This document shows, one piece after another, positions 34,458-45,116 of a DNA stretch of 64,000 bases. The stretch is taken from positions 32,001 through 96,000 of IMG/VR virus record IMGVR_UViG_3300045988_131014; one strand, written 5' to 3'. Both the position numbers and the translations under genes were made by a program. The notes under the pieces are model-generated. The model worked only from the letters and a program-made list of their open reading frames with translations. It had not been told where the DNA came from and made no database searches. The stretch is from a virus. Position 1 is the stretch's first letter. Each line of letters opens with the position of its first letter.

Positions 34458-35483
34458 TTGGATGTAAAAGAGTTGAAGAATTATATATATGAAAATAATT
34501 ATTGTGAACAGATATTAGAATCCGTTGGTTGCCACCATATCAAATATCATTCAGTTGGAGCATATTGGACTGCTGGTAATCCTGATGGAGATAATAAAGG
34601 AGCAATTATTTTATACAATAATGAGTCCCTTATCTGCTTGAATAAAACTCGACAAATGATAAAGGGGAACAGACAAACAGATATTATTGATCTTGTGTGT
34701 TATGTCAAAGACCTTACATTTCCAGAAGGATTAAAGGAAATATGCTCAGAAATAGGAATGTCTTATTATCACGATTTTGAAGAGGATATTCCAGATAGTT
34801 TTAAAATACTGAAAATGTTAGAAGATATGGATTCTAATATATCAGAAGAGAAAGAAAAACCATTACAACCTATTTCGGAGAAAATACTTTCGTATTATAA
34901 ACCTTATGTAAATGATTTATTCTACGAAGACCATATAGATTATGAAACACAAAGAGAGTTTGAGATAGGTTTTGATGAAGAAACAAACCGATACACAATT
35001 CCTATTCGTTCTGAATTAGGAGATTTAGTCGGTGTAAAAGCAAGATATTTTGATAGAAAAGTACCTGATGGAATGAATAAATATATTTATTTAGAGCCAT
35101 GTGCAAAATCAAAAATTATATATGGATTGTATAAAACTCTTCCTTATATAAAAAGAACAGGAAGGATTTATGTTGGTGAATCTGAAAAATTTGTTGAACA
35201 AGCATGGAGTTATGGTTATCAAAACACTGGTGGTACAGGTGGGAAGGAACTTTCACAATATCAAATTGATATGTTGGTTCGACTTGGTGTTGATATAGTT
35301 TTATGTTTAGACAAAGATGTAAAAAAAGAAGAATTGGAGGAACTAGCAGAAAGATTTCCTGACGGTGTTCCACTTTATTATATGTTTGACGAAGATAATA
35401 TTCTTAGTGAGAAAGAATCCCCAACAGATGATCCTATTAAATGGAAGCACTTGGTAGAGAATAATATATATAGATTAAGATAG
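34458..35483 (+). CDS. DNA primase (TOPRIM domain)
   Basis: IYVGESEKFVEQAW (Toprim Glu) and IVLCLDKDV (DxD); TTG 34458 lies 7 nt after GGAGGGTGG. Confidence 0.6.
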   Translation: MDVKELKNYIYENNYCEQILESVGCHHIKYHSVGAYWTAGNPDGDNKGAIILYNNESLICLNKTRQMIKGNRQTDIIDLVCYVKDLTFPEGLKEICSEIGMSYYHDFEEDIPDSFKILKMLEDMDSNISEEKEKPLQPISEKILSYYKPYVNDLFYEDHIDYETQREFEIGFDEETNRYTIPIRSELGDLVGVKARYFDRKVPDGMNKYIYLEPCAKSKIIYGLYKTLPYIKRTGRIYVGESEKFVEQAWSYGYQNTGGTGGKELSQYQIDMLVRLGVDIVLCLDKDVKKEELEELAERFPDGVPLYYMFDEDNILSEKESPTDDPIKWKHLVENNIYRLR

Positions 35484-35489
35484 GAAGGT

Positions 35490-37265
35490 GTGTATTTGAA
35501 GTACAAATTATATGAAAATAGCGACAATAACACTTCTAATGTATTAGAGGAAGTTTTAAGAAATAGAGGAGTTGACGATTATGAAAAATATCTCAACTTA
35601 GATGAAAGCGTTTTAATTCCATATGAGAATTTGGACAATATAAATAAAGCAGTAGAGTTATTTATGAAACACTTTAATAACAAGGATAAAATTGAAATAC
35701 TTGTTGATGAAGATCCAGACGGATTTTGTTCAGCAGCTATGATGTATTCTTATATTAAGAAAATGAATGCTGATTATCCAGTTAATTACATATTACATAC
35801 AAGAGCAAAGGCACATGGACTAGATGATGATATTGTGATATCTAATGATACAAGATTATTGATTATCCCTGATGCTGGTACAAATGACACAGAACAGTGC
35901 AGAGAGCTTTCAGAAAATGGTATTGATATACTTATTCTTGATCACCATGAGTCAGAAGAAAAAAATCCATATGCATTGATTGTAAATAATCAAATGAGTA
36001 ACAATTATTCTAATAAGGATTTTTGCGGAGCAGGTGTTGTATATAAGTTTTTACAAGCATTAGATGCTGAGACATGGAATGAGTTTGCAGATGACTATTT
36101 AGATTTGTGTGCATTAGCAAATATTAGCGATGTTATGGATATGCGTTCATTTGAGACAAGATATATTACAAATCTTGGATTACTCAATATTACAAATAAA
36201 TGTTTTCAGGCACTTATTAAAGCACAAGATTACAGTATAAATGGTAAGGTTAATATTCACAATATCCAATGGTATATAACACCTATTTTGAACGGAATGA
36301 TCCGTATCGGTTCAAGTGATGAAAAGGAATTATTATTTAGAGCTTTTATTGAAAAAGATGAGTTCTTTGAATATAAAAAAAGAGCCACAAAGAATAAACC
36401 AGCAGAAACAATTCAAGAAAGCATTTATGATAGAACTGCTAGACTTTGTAAAAATGCAAAATCACGACAAGATAAAATGAAAGAAAAAGGCGTAAAAGCC
36501 ATTTCAGAAGTTGTAGATAATCTTCCAATTGATGATAAAGTTATTATGGTTGATGTATCTGACTTACTTGATAGTGGATTAACTGGTGTTGTAGCAATTA
36601 AAATTGCAGAGCAATATAATAAACCTTGCATTCTGCTAAAGAAACATTTTGATAAAAAGACAAAAACAACTGTATTTGGTGGTAGTGCAAGAAATATTGA
36701 TAATAGTCCAATTGATAGTTTTAAAGATATTGTTAATTCAACAGGATTCATTAATGGTAAAGGTCATGCAAATGCTTTTGGTATTGTAGATTTACCAGTT
36801 GATGATAAAGAAAAAGCAATTAATATGATGAACAGTATTCTTAAAAATACTGAATATGATTCTACATATCGTGTAGATTTTATCTTAGACATTAATCATG
36901 TCACAATCCCTTTAATTATTAAGTTATCACAGTTTGAAGATATTATTTGTCAAGGAATTGATGAACCTATGCTTGCAATAGAGAATATATCATTGACAAG
37001 AGATTGTTTTGAAGTATTTGGCAAGAATGAGGATACTATTAGTTTTATGGTGAATGATATTAAATACATTCAGTTCAAATGTAAAGAAGGTAATCAGCTA
37101 TATGATTTTCTTCAAAACGCATGGGATGATAACGATAGTATTACATTTAATATTGTCGGAAAACCTTCAATAAACGAATATAACGGTATTAGAACACCAC
37201 AGATTATTATCGAAGATGTAGCTGTTATTAGTACAAATAGTAACGATGAAGACGATGATTGGTAG
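35490..37265 (+). CDS. RecJ-like DHH-family ssDNA exonuclease
   Basis: VDEDPDGFCSAA, IIPDAGT, ILDHHE, FCGAGVVYKF and GKGHANAFG motifs; the start could be GTG 35490 or TTG 35496. Confidence 0.75.
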   Translation: MYLKYKLYENSDNNTSNVLEEVLRNRGVDDYEKYLNLDESVLIPYENLDNINKAVELFMKHFNNKDKIEILVDEDPDGFCSAAMMYSYIKKMNADYPVNYILHTRAKAHGLDDDIVISNDTRLLIIPDAGTNDTEQCRELSENGIDILILDHHESEEKNPYALIVNNQMSNNYSNKDFCGAGVVYKFLQALDAETWNEFADDYLDLCALANISDVMDMRSFETRYITNLGLLNITNKCFQALIKAQDYSINGKVNIHNIQWYITPILNGMIRIGSSDEKELLFRAFIEKDEFFEYKKRATKNKPAETIQESIYDRTARLCKNAKSRQDKMKEKGVKAISEVVDNLPIDDKVIMVDVSDLLDSGLTGVVAIKIAEQYNKPCILLKKHFDKKTKTTVFGGSARNIDNSPIDSFKDIVNSTGFINGKGHANAFGIVDLPVDDKEKAINMMNSILKNTEYDSTYRVDFILDINHVTIPLIIKLSQFEDIICQGIDEPMLAIENISLTRDCFEVFGKNEDTISFMVNDIKYIQFKCKEGNQLYDFLQNAWDDNDSITFNIVGKPSINEYNGIRTPQIIIEDVAVISTNSNDEDDDW

Positions 37266-37275
37266 GAGGTGAGTT

Positions 37276-40200
37276 ATGTATAGTTCATTACATAACCATA
37301 CATATTATTCATTACTTGATGGATATGGTAGTCCAAAAGAAATGTTGGACAGAGCAAAAGAAATAGGGTTAAAAGCATTTGCTATAACAGAACACGGAAA
37401 TGTATATAGCCACATTTATTTTGACTTAATCAAGAAGGATTATCCAGAAATTAAAATGATATATGGATGTGAGTTATATGAGTGTGAAGATATAGAAATT
37501 AAGGATAAAGACAACAAATATTTCCATTTGATTTGCTTGATTAGGAATGAACAGGGCAGAAAAGATTTAAACAAAGTTATTACAAAGAGTAACTTTGAAG
37601 GGTTTTATTTTAAACCACGATGCACAGTAGAAGATATTAAACCCTATGCTGAAAATTTTGTTATTTCTTCTGCTTGTTTAGCAAGTAAGTTAGCAAGAGA
37701 GTCAGATTTTGAAAAGTGTATTGAATATGTTAATGAATATAAAGAAGCTTTTCCTTATTTCTTTCTTGAGATGCAGTCACATTCTCATCAGGATCAGTGT
37801 TTATATAACCAGAAAATCTTAGAACTTTCAAAAAGAACAAATACCCCATTTATTATTACAACAGATAGTCATGCACCTAAAAAAGAAGATTTGTATTATC
37901 AGGACAAACTTATTCAGATTGGTAGAAAAAGTAGTAACAATGACAAAAATGCTATCGAAAATAGTGAGATATATGAAGGTTGCTATATGCAATCTGAAGA
38001 TGAAATCCATGAAATTATGGATAGTCAGATTGGATATGAAAACGTATGTCTTGGATTAGAGAATACTAATAAGGTAGCAGATTTAATTGAAAATGTAGAT
38101 ATGCCATTTCAGAAGCCACAGTTACCTACATTCCCATTGCCTGATGGATATAGAGATAATAATGAATTTTTATGGCATTTAGTGAGACAAGGTTGGAAAG
38201 ATAGAGGATATGATAATCTTAGCGAAGATGAACAGCAAGTAAGAAGAACTAGATTGAACTACGAGATGGGTGTTATTCATTCGATGGGGTTCGATGGTTA
38301 TTTCTTGTTCGTATGGGACTTTATTAAGGCTGCTGAGAAACTTGGAATTGAAGTTGGTAAAGGAAGAGGAAGTGCAGCAGGTTCTTTAGTTTGTTATTGT
38401 TGTCATATCACAGATATTGATCCGATTAAATATGGACTCATTTTTGAGAGATTCTTAAATCCTGAACGAGTAGGACTTCCTGATATTGATACAGATGTTG
38501 GTAATAGAGATGCAATCATTGATTACCTTGTAGACAAATATGGAGAAGAAAGAGTATGTCAAATTATTAACTACTCGTATATTACTCCAACAGTTGCAAT
38601 TACTGACGTTGGTAAAATACTTGGATTTCCATATAATCAGATGCAAAAACTTTCACAGAAATTTACATTCGATAAATGGGATGACTGTATGAAAGCAAAC
38701 CCAAATTTACTCGCAGACAATCCACAATATACTGATTTGTTTGATATTGCAAAGCATTTAAGTGGTCGTGTTAAAACAGTTTCTATTCATGCTGGTGGTG
38801 TTGGCATCGTTGATACAACAATTAATGACTATATGCCAATGAAAATAGGAACTAAGGGCGAGCATGTAATTCAAGTTGATAAACATTATGTAGAAGACAT
38901 TGGAATTGTAAAGTTTGACCTTCTTGGAGTAGCAACACTTAATCTTGTGAAGGAAATTAAGGATGATTTACACTTAAATCCTTGGGATTATGATATCAAT
39001 AATCCAGAATTTGAGAATGACAGAGCTACATATGAATTATTAGCAAGTGGTAAAACTAATGGTGTATTCCAGGTTGAATCAGCAGGAATGAAAGATTTGC
39101 TTATTCGATTAAAACCAAAGCTTGAACAACTAGACTTTGAGGTTATATCTGTCATCTTGGCATTATATAGACCTGATAGTATGGGAGCACTTGACGAGTA
39201 TGTTGAAATGGCAACAGGTGGAAGTAGACCACCATCAATTCATCCAGATATGGATGAAATTTTAAAAGACACAAATTACTGTATGATTTATCAGGAACAG
39301 CTTCTTGATATTGTTAAAAAGTTTGGTGGAAGAACATACGGTGGTGCTGACTTATTTCGTAAGGCGATTGGAAAAAAGATAGTTGAATTAGTACAGAAAG
39401 AGTCAGAAATTCTTCGTGGTGAAATTGTAGCAAACGGATATTCTAAAGAAATTGCTGATAAAATTGCGAATGAACTATCACAAAAAGGCGGTTATCTATT
39501 CAATAAATCGCATTCATACAGTTACGCAGTCCTTTGTTTCGAGACAGCTTGGTTCAAAGCTCATTACCCAACTTACTTTTTCAAAGCATTGTTCAATCAG
39601 AACAAAGATAAAGCAGGTGCAATTAATAAGTATATTCTTGATGCAAGGTATTTTAATGTGGATATTATGCCACCGAATATCAATCATTCTGGAATGAATT
39701 TCACAGTTGATAAAGATAAGGTTCTTTTTGGATTATCTGCTATTGGTGGAATTGGTGAATCACTCTCTAAGCAAATTATCGAAGAAAGAGAGAATAATGG
39801 TATATACAAATCGTTTAATGATTTGATTCAGAGACTTTCTTTAGGTAAGGCATCTGTTATTGCACTGATAAAATCTGGTGCAATTCCTTGTAAAAATAAG
39901 CGTGAAAAACTTATATCATATCTTAAATCAGAGTATCAACCATTAAAATTCTCAGAAGTTCAATCATTGCCTACCTATAAGAAACTCGAAGAAGATTGGA
40001 ACATTAACTTAAAGAAGTACGTAATTCCTTCATCTGGAAAACGAATTGTATATGACAAGGAAGCACTACTTGCTGAATATAACAGATTGAAAAAGATACA
40101 GTTTGAAGAAAATCAGAAGGTAAGATTCCAAAAGTACATAGATGATAACAAAAAATATCTTGAAGATGAAAAGTTTTGGGAATTCCAAACATTACAGGTA

Positions 40201-40545
40201 TTTATCAATGATAATCCATTTGATGCAGCTTATACATTCTTGACACCATTTGAGGATGTACCTGATGGTGAGAAATGTACTTTAGTTGGAATTATAGCAA
40301 AGGTTCAAAAGAAGAAAGATAAGAATGGTAAGCAATTCGCATATATAAATATCTATTCAAGTTTTGGGCTTGTTGAAGGAATTGTATGGCATAGTCAATT
40401 AAAAGAATATGAAGATTTAGTAAAAAAAGGACAGCAAGTAGCAATTCTTTGTAAGAAAGATAGCGAAGAAAAAGTGATTGTAGAAAAATTAAAGCCATAT
40501 AGTAAATGGCTTGAATATGTGAGAAAGAAAGGAGTATCAGTCTAA
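37276..40545 (+). CDS. dnaE: DNA polymerase III alpha subunit (DnaE-type, PHP domain)
   Basis: LHNHTYYSLLDG (PHP), GKGRGSAAGSLVCYC, LPDIDTD, FDLLGVATL, VFQVES and NKSHSYSYA motifs; 1089 aa. Confidence 0.9.
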   Translation: MYSSLHNHTYYSLLDGYGSPKEMLDRAKEIGLKAFAITEHGNVYSHIYFDLIKKDYPEIKMIYGCELYECEDIEIKDKDNKYFHLICLIRNEQGRKDLNKVITKSNFEGFYFKPRCTVEDIKPYAENFVISSACLASKLARESDFEKCIEYVNEYKEAFPYFFLEMQSHSHQDQCLYNQKILELSKRTNTPFIITTDSHAPKKEDLYYQDKLIQIGRKSSNNDKNAIENSEIYEGCYMQSEDEIHEIMDSQIGYENVCLGLENTNKVADLIENVDMPFQKPQLPTFPLPDGYRDNNEFLWHLVRQGWKDRGYDNLSEDEQQVRRTRLNYEMGVIHSMGFDGYFLFVWDFIKAAEKLGIEVGKGRGSAAGSLVCYCCHITDIDPIKYGLIFERFLNPERVGLPDIDTDVGNRDAIIDYLVDKYGEERVCQIINYSYITPTVAITDVGKILGFPYNQMQKLSQKFTFDKWDDCMKANPNLLADNPQYTDLFDIAKHLSGRVKTVSIHAGGVGIVDTTINDYMPMKIGTKGEHVIQVDKHYVEDIGIVKFDLLGVATLNLVKEIKDDLHLNPWDYDINNPEFENDRATYELLASGKTNGVFQVESAGMKDLLIRLKPKLEQLDFEVISVILALYRPDSMGALDEYVEMATGGSRPPSIHPDMDEILKDTNYCMIYQEQLLDIVKKFGGRTYGGADLFRKAIGKKIVELVQKESEILRGEIVANGYSKEIADKIANELSQKGGYLFNKSHSYSYAVLCFETAWFKAHYPTYFFKALFNQNKDKAGAINKYILDARYFNVDIMPPNINHSGMNFTVDKDKVLFGLSAIGGIGESLSKQIIEERENNGIYKSFNDLIQRLSLGKASVIALIKSGAIPCKNKREKLISYLKSEYQPLKFSEVQSLPTYKKLEEDWNINLKKYVIPSSGKRIVYDKEALLAEYNRLKKIQFEENQKVRFQKYIDDNKKYLEDEKFWEFQTLQVFINDNPFDAAYTFLTPFEDVPDGEKCTLVGIIAKVQKKKDKNGKQFAYINIYSSFGLVEGIVWHSQLKEYEDLVKKGQQVAILCKKDSEEKVIVEKLKPYSKWLEYVRKKGVSV

Positions 40546-40546
40546 A

Positions 40547-42829
40547 TTGGATGAAGATGAGATTTATAAATTCACAGCGATAATTACATATGAGCAATAC
40601 TATTCGGATGATTCAACGTGGGGTGTGTTTGGATTTTCAACAAAAGATGATATTCCATTCTTTACAAAACCTACAAAAACATTCGATCCGTTTTGTGATA
40701 ATAATTCTGCAAATGATACTGATGATAAAAAAATGAGTAAGCTGGCAGGAAAGATGCAACACTTAGTTGTTGGTGGAGAATATGTGGTTAAGGCGAAATA
40801 TAAAAAGGATAAAAAATATGGCGATCAATATACACCGATTGCCATATACGCCATTATTCCACAAAGCAGAGAAACACAGTTATTATTTTTGAAGTCAATG
40901 ATTCCTGAATGGATGGCTGATAATTTAATAAATGCATATCCAAATGTAGTTAATGATGTAGCGAATGGTACATTAAAAACTATTGATTACAGTCTTGTAA
41001 AAGGTGTTAGAGAAATTACTTGGAATAAAATCAAGAAAAAAATCATCAATAATTATCTCATTTCTGACATTATCTCAATGCTAAAACCAATTGGTGTCAC
41101 TTATGCAATGATTAAAAAATTGCTTTCAGAAGAACCAAATCCAGTTTTATTAAAGCAAGAGTTAGAAAAAAATCCATACATCATGACAAAAATTGATGGA
41201 ATTGGGTTTCGCAAATGTGATGATTTAGCATTGAAGCTAAAACCTGAACTGATTGATTCTACACAAAGACTTGTGGCTTTTATCCAATACTATTTCAAAG
41301 ATCTAGGAGAAAGTAAAGGTCATACATGGTGTTCTGAAAAGATTTTAAGGGCAGCCATAAGTAATAATATATACGAGTGTTGCAATAAGGTTGATTGGCT
41401 ATTAGAAAATAATGACTTTCTTCATATTGATAATGGTCGAATTGGTCTGAAATATTATTACGATATTGAGATGCAGATTTATCATTTGATTCTGAATAAA
41501 TCTCAAATTGAAACAACAATCAATATTTCTGATGAAGCGATTGATAAAGCAATTAAACATGCAGAAGAAGAACAAGGATTTGATTATGTAGTAGAGCAGT
41601 TAGACACGATTCATAAGAGCTTACATAGAACTGTTAGTTTGATAACTGGAAAAGCAGGAACTGGTAAAACATCAATAATGCGAGCAATTGTTAAGGCTTA
41701 TATGGAGAATAATTATATGATGACAGCTTCAGCACTTTCAGCAATGGCAGCTCAAAGAATTACAGAAGCAACAGAATTTCCTGCAATGACTATTCATAGA
41801 ACACTTGGATGCCAAGGTTTAAATGATTTTACATACAATAAGTATAATCATTTGATTACAGATGTTGCATTTCTTGATGAGGGAAGTATGGTTAATGCTA
41901 GTTTATTTTTGCATTGGCTTGAGGCAATTGGAGATAATACAAGAATTATTATTTCAGGAGATCATAAGCAGTTACCACCTATCGGATTTGGTAACGTGTT
42001 CTCAGATTTAATAGAAATGTTTGATGATTCAGTAGTAAGTAAATTAGTAAAGCCAATGAGACAGGCTAAAAAATCAGGTATTCTTGTTGATGCAAATAAG
42101 ATTCGTGAGAATATAAATCCTATATCTGAGAAGTTACAGCCACGAATTATTCATGGTGAATTACAGGATATGTATTATATGTTCCGTACAAATCGACAGT
42201 CATTATTTAATATTGCTATTAAGACATTCATCAAATCTGTTAAATCAGATGGAATCGACAATGTGGTTATTGCAGTACCTCGTAGAAAAGATTGTTTGAA
42301 TAGTACCAATGAAATTAACAAGGTTATTCAAAATGAATTACTTGGTGATGTTTTAGAGAGTATTGAAGGTTTTGATACAACTTTCAAACTTGGTGCAAAA
42401 GTCATGCAAACAGTTAATGATTATGACAAAAATGTATTTAATGGTGAGATTGGTTATGTGACAAAAATCAGTGAAAGATATGATGGTAAGAAAAAAGAAG
42501 AGTATTGTGAAGTAACTTACACTGATATTTTTGGAAAAGACAAAATTATTGAATACACAAAGAAAGAGTTAGCTGCTTTGGATCTTGCTTATGCTATGAC
42601 AGTACATAAATTGCAGGGTGCTGGTCGAAAGACGGTAATTGGTATTATTGACAATACACATCATCAGCTTCTTGATAACTGTATGCTTTATACATTATTG
42701 ACTAGAGCAAAGAAGAGGTGTTTGTTGTTAGCAGAGCCAGAAGCATTTTTACAGTGCATTAGAACAAGTCATAACAATAGAAATACTTGGATGATGTTAG
42801 AAACAGAGAATAATACAGCAGAAGAGTAA
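40547..42829 (+). CDS. RecD/RecD2-like SF1 DNA helicase
   Basis: ITGKAGTGKTS (Walker A), FLDEGSMV, ISGDHKQLPPIG, AMTVHKLQGAG and LYTLLTRAKKR motifs. Confidence 0.85.
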   Translation: MDEDEIYKFTAIITYEQYYSDDSTWGVFGFSTKDDIPFFTKPTKTFDPFCDNNSANDTDDKKMSKLAGKMQHLVVGGEYVVKAKYKKDKKYGDQYTPIAIYAIIPQSRETQLLFLKSMIPEWMADNLINAYPNVVNDVANGTLKTIDYSLVKGVREITWNKIKKKIINNYLISDIISMLKPIGVTYAMIKKLLSEEPNPVLLKQELEKNPYIMTKIDGIGFRKCDDLALKLKPELIDSTQRLVAFIQYYFKDLGESKGHTWCSEKILRAAISNNIYECCNKVDWLLENNDFLHIDNGRIGLKYYYDIEMQIYHLILNKSQIETTINISDEAIDKAIKHAEEEQGFDYVVEQLDTIHKSLHRTVSLITGKAGTGKTSIMRAIVKAYMENNYMMTASALSAMAAQRITEATEFPAMTIHRTLGCQGLNDFTYNKYNHLITDVAFLDEGSMVNASLFLHWLEAIGDNTRIIISGDHKQLPPIGFGNVFSDLIEMFDDSVVSKLVKPMRQAKKSGILVDANKIRENINPISEKLQPRIIHGELQDMYYMFRTNRQSLFNIAIKTFIKSVKSDGIDNVVIAVPRRKDCLNSTNEINKVIQNELLGDVLESIEGFDTTFKLGAKVMQTVNDYDKNVFNGEIGYVTKISERYDGKKKEEYCEVTYTDIFGKDKIIEYTKKELAALDLAYAMTVHKLQGAGRKTVIGIIDNTHHQLLDNCMLYTLLTRAKKRCLLLAEPEAFLQCIRTSHNNRNTWMMLETENNTAEE

Positions 42830-42902
42830 TTTGGATTTCTGGAATGCCCATAAATAGGGCGTTTCAGAGACTCAAAAAGCCAAGGAAAGACGGATTTCAT
42901 TC

Positions 42903-43094
42903 GCTCTGTAACCCTAGTAAAATCAAGGGTTGCAGGGCATGAAAATTTGAAAATCGTCAAAAATTGAGTAAAATACGGCATTTTTAAGGATTTGTCTAAT
43001 TTTATAAAAATCAATGCTCTGAAAGCCTTATAAATTAAGGGTTTTGAGCGATTGATTTGAAAATAAGTGATTTTTTAAGAACCAAATGAAACCA
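42903..43094 (-). repeat. 192-bp inverted repeat, copy B
   Basis: Exact reverse complement of 15070-15261. Confidence 0.95.
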
Positions 43095-43132
43095 TTATTT
43101 CTTTTGAAAAATAAATGAAAGGAGATAAAAAA

Positions 43133-43864
43133 TTGGAAAATAATTACGAATTATGGCAAGGGAATTGCTTAAACCTTATGAAAAATATTTCTGATAAATC
43201 GGTTGATATGATTCTATGCGATTTACCGTATGGTACAACAAAATGTTCTTGGGATATTGTTATTCCATTTGATAAATTGTGGAAACAGTATGATCGTATT
43301 GCAAAAGATAATGCAGCGATTGTGTTGTTTGGACAAGAACCATTTTCATCGTTGTTAAGGAATAGCAATATTGATAATTATAAATATGATATTTACTGGG
43401 AGAAAGAACGACTCACAAATATTAATCAGGTAAAACGTAGAGTTGGCAAAACAGTTGAAACAATATCGGTATTTTATAAGAAACAATGTACATATAATCC
43501 TCAGATGGTGAAATATGATGGCAAGCCACGAACTAATAAAGTTAAAAACGGCAAGTTGGGCAAATTAACAGATGAAAACGAAAAGAAAGTAATTGAATAT
43601 AAAGATACTGGATAGAGATATCCAACACAGGTTTGGAAGTTTCAAAGAGACTGTTTAACTTCAAATCTACATCCAACTCAGAAACCATTGTTGCTTTGTG
43701 AAGAACTTATAAAGACATTTTCCAATGAAGGTGATGTTATTTTAGATAATTGTATGGGCTCTGGTACAACTGGTGTTGCTTGTAAAAATCTTAATCGAAA
43801 ATTTATTGGAATTGAGTTAGATGAAAAATATTTTGAGATAGCAAGAAAGAGAATAAGTAAGTAA
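43133..43864 (+). pseudogene. beta-class N6A/N4C DNA methyltransferase interrupted by an in-frame TAG at 43613-43615
   Basis: The N-terminal part has ILCDLPYGTT (DPPY-type). After KDTG-TAG-RYPTQVW the same frame continues with HPTQKPLLLCEELI and LDNCMGSGTTG (FxGxG). TTG 43133 follows AAAGGAG. Confidence 0.75.
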
Positions 43865-43927
43865 CAAGAATCTAAACTTTCTTTTTGAAAATAATGGAAA
43901 GACTTGATCATATAGGGAGGTAGAAAG

Positions 43928-44347
43928 ATGGAATGGTATGTGTATTATTATGACATCAATCATGGAAATATTGTCACATACAATATTTTTGATCATGGTA
44001 GCTTTAAAGAAGACTTTAACAAATTGATATCAGATTATAATATCACAAAAGAAGAATTTGCAAATAAACTTGATATTATGCTTAGATATTATTTCTGGTC
44101 AAAAGCTCAATGGGAGACATTTTTGAAGCCTTGGGTTGGAGATAGTAAGATTGAAAAGAAGATTGATGTGTATGACCAAATTAAACTTAACTGGGACAAA
44201 TTCTTAGAATATGCATATAACTATAAATTTAAAAGATTTGCAGATGTTATTGAATATGAAAAATATAAAAACATCGGCACTGTTGAAGAGTGTGAAAAAG
44301 CAATGAAGTTTGTAAAACACTATCAGGAAGAGAATAAATATTTATAA
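43928..44347 (+). CDS. hypothetical protein
   Basis: GGGAGG RBS. Confidence 0.55.
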   Translation: MEWYVYYYDINHGNIVTYNIFDHGSFKEDFNKLISDYNITKEEFANKLDIMLRYYFWSKAQWETFLKPWVGDSKIEKKIDVYDQIKLNWDKFLEYAYNYKFKRFADVIEYEKYKNIGTVEECEKAMKFVKHYQEENKYL

Positions 44348-44362
44348 GGAGGATCAAGTATA

Positions 44363-45088
44363 TTGAAAGCTACAGTAACAAGTATTACAGGATTTTATGA
44401 AGCATTTGTATCTATGTTTATGAGTAAAAGAACGTGGACACCAGAATTGAACGAAGAAATTAAAGTTGTATGCGATAAGGTTTTAAATCCTGATGGAAGA
44501 TTAAAAGAGGATCAAGAGGTTGAAAGCTATGATAAGTTTTGTAAATGGCTTGGGATGCTGCTTCGTATGGGCAAAAGACATATTACAGTTCTTAGATACA
44601 TTGACATTACAATTATGACAGAAGGATTGCATAGAGCAGGACAAGATGACGTTGATGCACACGCAAGAAGATTTGATAATCGAATTATTAGAAACAGTAC
44701 AAGGTTAGCAACATTTGATGAAGGAGAAATGTCAGATTATTACAAGGATAAAGTATTAACAGATGGACAGGCTTGCAAAATTCTTGGATTTGAATTACCA
44801 AACGAGATTGAGCATGATGGTAAAACATATGTAAAATCGACTAATGGATATGTTTTAAAAGAATATGAGAATAACAAAGATGTAAAACGTGGTCTTTATA
44901 TGTTGGGTATTCCAAGCAATTTTATATCTAAAATCAATCTTTGTGAATGGGGACACGTATTTAGAGAGCGTTGTGCTGATGGCGGTGCTAATCCAGAAGT
45001 AAAAGAATGGGCAGAACAGGTTATGAAACAGATTACGGAATTTCATAAAGAGATTACAAGAGATTATGTTTTATCAATTCAAAACTAA
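44363..45088 (+). CDS. hypothetical protein, possibly a divergent ThyX-fold enzyme
   Basis: GKRHITVLRYIDITIMTEGLHRAGQDDVDAHARRFDNRIIRNSTRL loosely follows the ThyX pattern GH..plEh..ftf.i.g.sRa...q..RHR...s..S.RY, but with altered signature residues. Confidence 0.3.
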   Translation: MKATVTSITGFYEAFVSMFMSKRTWTPELNEEIKVVCDKVLNPDGRLKEDQEVESYDKFCKWLGMLLRMGKRHITVLRYIDITIMTEGLHRAGQDDVDAHARRFDNRIIRNSTRLATFDEGEMSDYYKDKVLTDGQACKILGFELPNEIEHDGKTYVKSTNGYVLKEYENNKDVKRGLYMLGIPSNFISKINLCEWGHVFRERCADGGANPEVKEWAEQVMKQITEFHKEITRDYVLSIQN

Positions 45089-45116
45089 ATCCTGATTTCA
45101 AGAGAGGAGGAATTGA

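Noticed and set aside
15070-43094. Reading the inverted repeats as terminal inverted repeats of a 28-kb transposon or casposon-like element
   Set aside because: There is no target-site duplication and no transposase or protein-primed polymerase inside. The junction motifs (AGAGAATA, TTTCTTGG) and gene style are continuous across both boundaries, so inside and outside look like one genome.
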